A program made the translations under genes and the position numbers. From the IMG/VR virus record IMGVR_UViG_3300021961_000019: a DNA stretch of 64,000 bases; one strand, 5' to 3'. This document shows, one piece after another, positions 62,665 through 64,000 of this stretch. Numbering within the stretch: the first letter of the stretch is position 1; every line of letters begins with the position of its first letter. The notes beneath the pieces were generated by a model that saw only the letters and a program-made list of their open reading frames with translations, searched no databases and was not told where the DNA came from. The stretch comes from a virus.

Positions 62665-64000
62665 TTACATGTAGTCCCACATGTGTGCCATGTCTCCATA
62701 CTCGTCTGTAAACCATCTATCGCCATTTTCATCAACGAAACTTCCGTCTTCTGTTCCATCAACAATAAACCCAAAAGGAGCCATGTCCTGTTCTATCTGA
62801 TTTTTCTGCTCTTCATATAAACGCTTTCTCACATCTTGATCAGTTAGTTCCTTAAAGTAGTCTTGTGCAACTAACCAAGCATAGATCACCAAGCACATTG
62901 CCAGGTCATCATTACACCCCTCTTCTGCCTCAAAGGAGTTGTGTTTCTGAATGAATGTGGTTAATTCACTCATAATATCATAATCCCAGAATAGAAGTTT
63001 ATCTTCTTCTATCATGGTCTTGAGATTGAGTGATCCAACCTTCTTCACGGTCTTGGACATTTTCACACCCATCTGGGTCTTCTTTCCAGAAAATCCCTGA
63101 CCAACAATCTGTCCAGCTCTACCACGCATCGAGCACATGAGTATGTTCTGATACTCCAGATCGTAGTGTAGAATGCTGGCAACCTGATCTCCAACATCAT
63201 TCACTTCACACAAAATATATGCATTATTATAGTTCTTCGCGACTTCATAAATGACGCTTGGAAACAGCATCGGTTTAATATCATTATTCCTATACTTGGC
63301 AACAACCTTATGTGGGAATGTTGTGATATCAACCACAACAAATGCCGAGTAATCCTTACTGACACCTCTTGCAACATCAACTGTAATCAAATAGTCATTA
63401 TTTTTTACCGCATCATAATATACATCCAATCCACTACTACTGGTTTGTGGCGTCTCATAGATGAGAGAACGTAGTTTACTTGGCGCAATAAGAGTATCAA
63501 CAGATCCAAGAAATTCACATTCAAACTCAACTTTGAATTGTGCTTCCGATGTATTTGCAATGGTCTGTGCTTTCCATTCACTATCGCGCCCAGGAACTTC
63601 TGACCAATGAACATCTGTTGGCACGTATTCATTCTTTCCGCGTTCGGCATCGTGCCACATGCGGTAGAAGTGATTCATACCATGTGGCGTTGATACAATA
63701 ATAACCTTCGTAGATTTACCTGAGGTAATTGTTGGATATACCGACGCAAAGAATGAATCTGCGATGTGATTTGGAACGAATGCAAATTCGTCCAGGAATA
63801 GAATGTTGAAAGACATTCCTCGGACGGCAGATGCTGACGTGGATGCTGCTAGGATCTTTGATCCATTCTCTAATTCTAAGGACCCCCTGTTCCACGACAA
63901 GATGCCTTGTTGCATCCACTTGGGCAAATTCTCATAAGCAATCTGCAACCTACCCAAAAGTTCCCTAGCAGTTGCTGCTTTGTTTGCCAGAATGCCAATA
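62665..64000 (-). CDS. gp17: Terminase large subunit (5' part outside window)
   Basis: LDEFAF Walker B, STPHG, QEFECEF-like KVEFECEF, DVARG, NDDL.M. Confidence 0.96.
   Translation of the reverse strand, partial: IGILANKAATARELLGRLQIAYENLPKWMQQGILSWNRGSLELENGSKILAASTSASAVRGMSFNILFLDEFAFVPNHIADSFFASVYPTITSGKSTKVIIVSTPHGMNHFYRMWHDAERGKNEYVPTDVHWSEVPGRDSEWKAQTIANTSEAQFKVEFECEFLGSVDTLIAPSKLRSLIYETPQTSSSGLDVYYDAVKNNDYLITVDVARGVSKDYSAFVVVDITTFPHKVVAKYRNNDIKPMLFPSVIYEVAKNYNNAYILCEVNDVGDQVASILHYDLEYQNILMCSMRGRAGQIVGQGFSGKKTQMGVKMSKTVKKVGSLNLKTMIEEDKLLFWDYDIMSELTTFIQKHNSFEAEEGCNDDLAMCLVIYAWLVAQDYFKELTDQDVRKRLYEEQKNQIEQDMAPFGFIVDGTEDGSFVDENGDRWFTDEYGDMAHMWDYM

Overview
This window is 64 kb of a T4-like cyanomyovirus (cyanophage) genome, and almost every gene lies on the minus strand. 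In transcription order (right to left) it carries: gp17 (partial), gp18, gp19, gp20, gp67-like, three inserted virion-like genes, gp21, gp22, gp23, gp3, uvsY, uvsW, gp55, gp47, gp46, a VWA/AAA (CobT/CobS-like) pair, gp45, a denV-like gene, gp44, dam, gp62, regA, hsp20, gp43, uvsX, gp41, mazG, a late block of poorly characterised genes, gp61, nrdA, nrdB, a tail-type lysozyme, peptide deformylase, and a large tRNA region. That region holds 29 tRNAs covering all 20 amino acids plus one tRNA-like element, interleaved with gnd, an HNH nuclease, a Phd/YefM-like gene and structured RNAs. Five observations stand out. (1) Four genes with late-promoter-like boxes upstream, including two nucleotidyltransferases, begin with a T4 internal-protein-like capsid-targeting leader, suggesting head-packaged, injected enzymes. 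(2) A late three-gene module combines a PD-(D/E)XK-like protein, a protein with RNA-ligase-like motifs and a HIGH-family nucleotidyltransferase. (3) Two long modular Lys/Arg- and Glu-rich proteins look like gp21-cleaved polyproteins. (4) A GACASTT-N4-AASTGTC palindrome recurs about 30 nt upstream of -10 boxes at six sites. (5) Several tRNAs are structurally atypical. All calls come from manual reading and motif recall; no database search was run.
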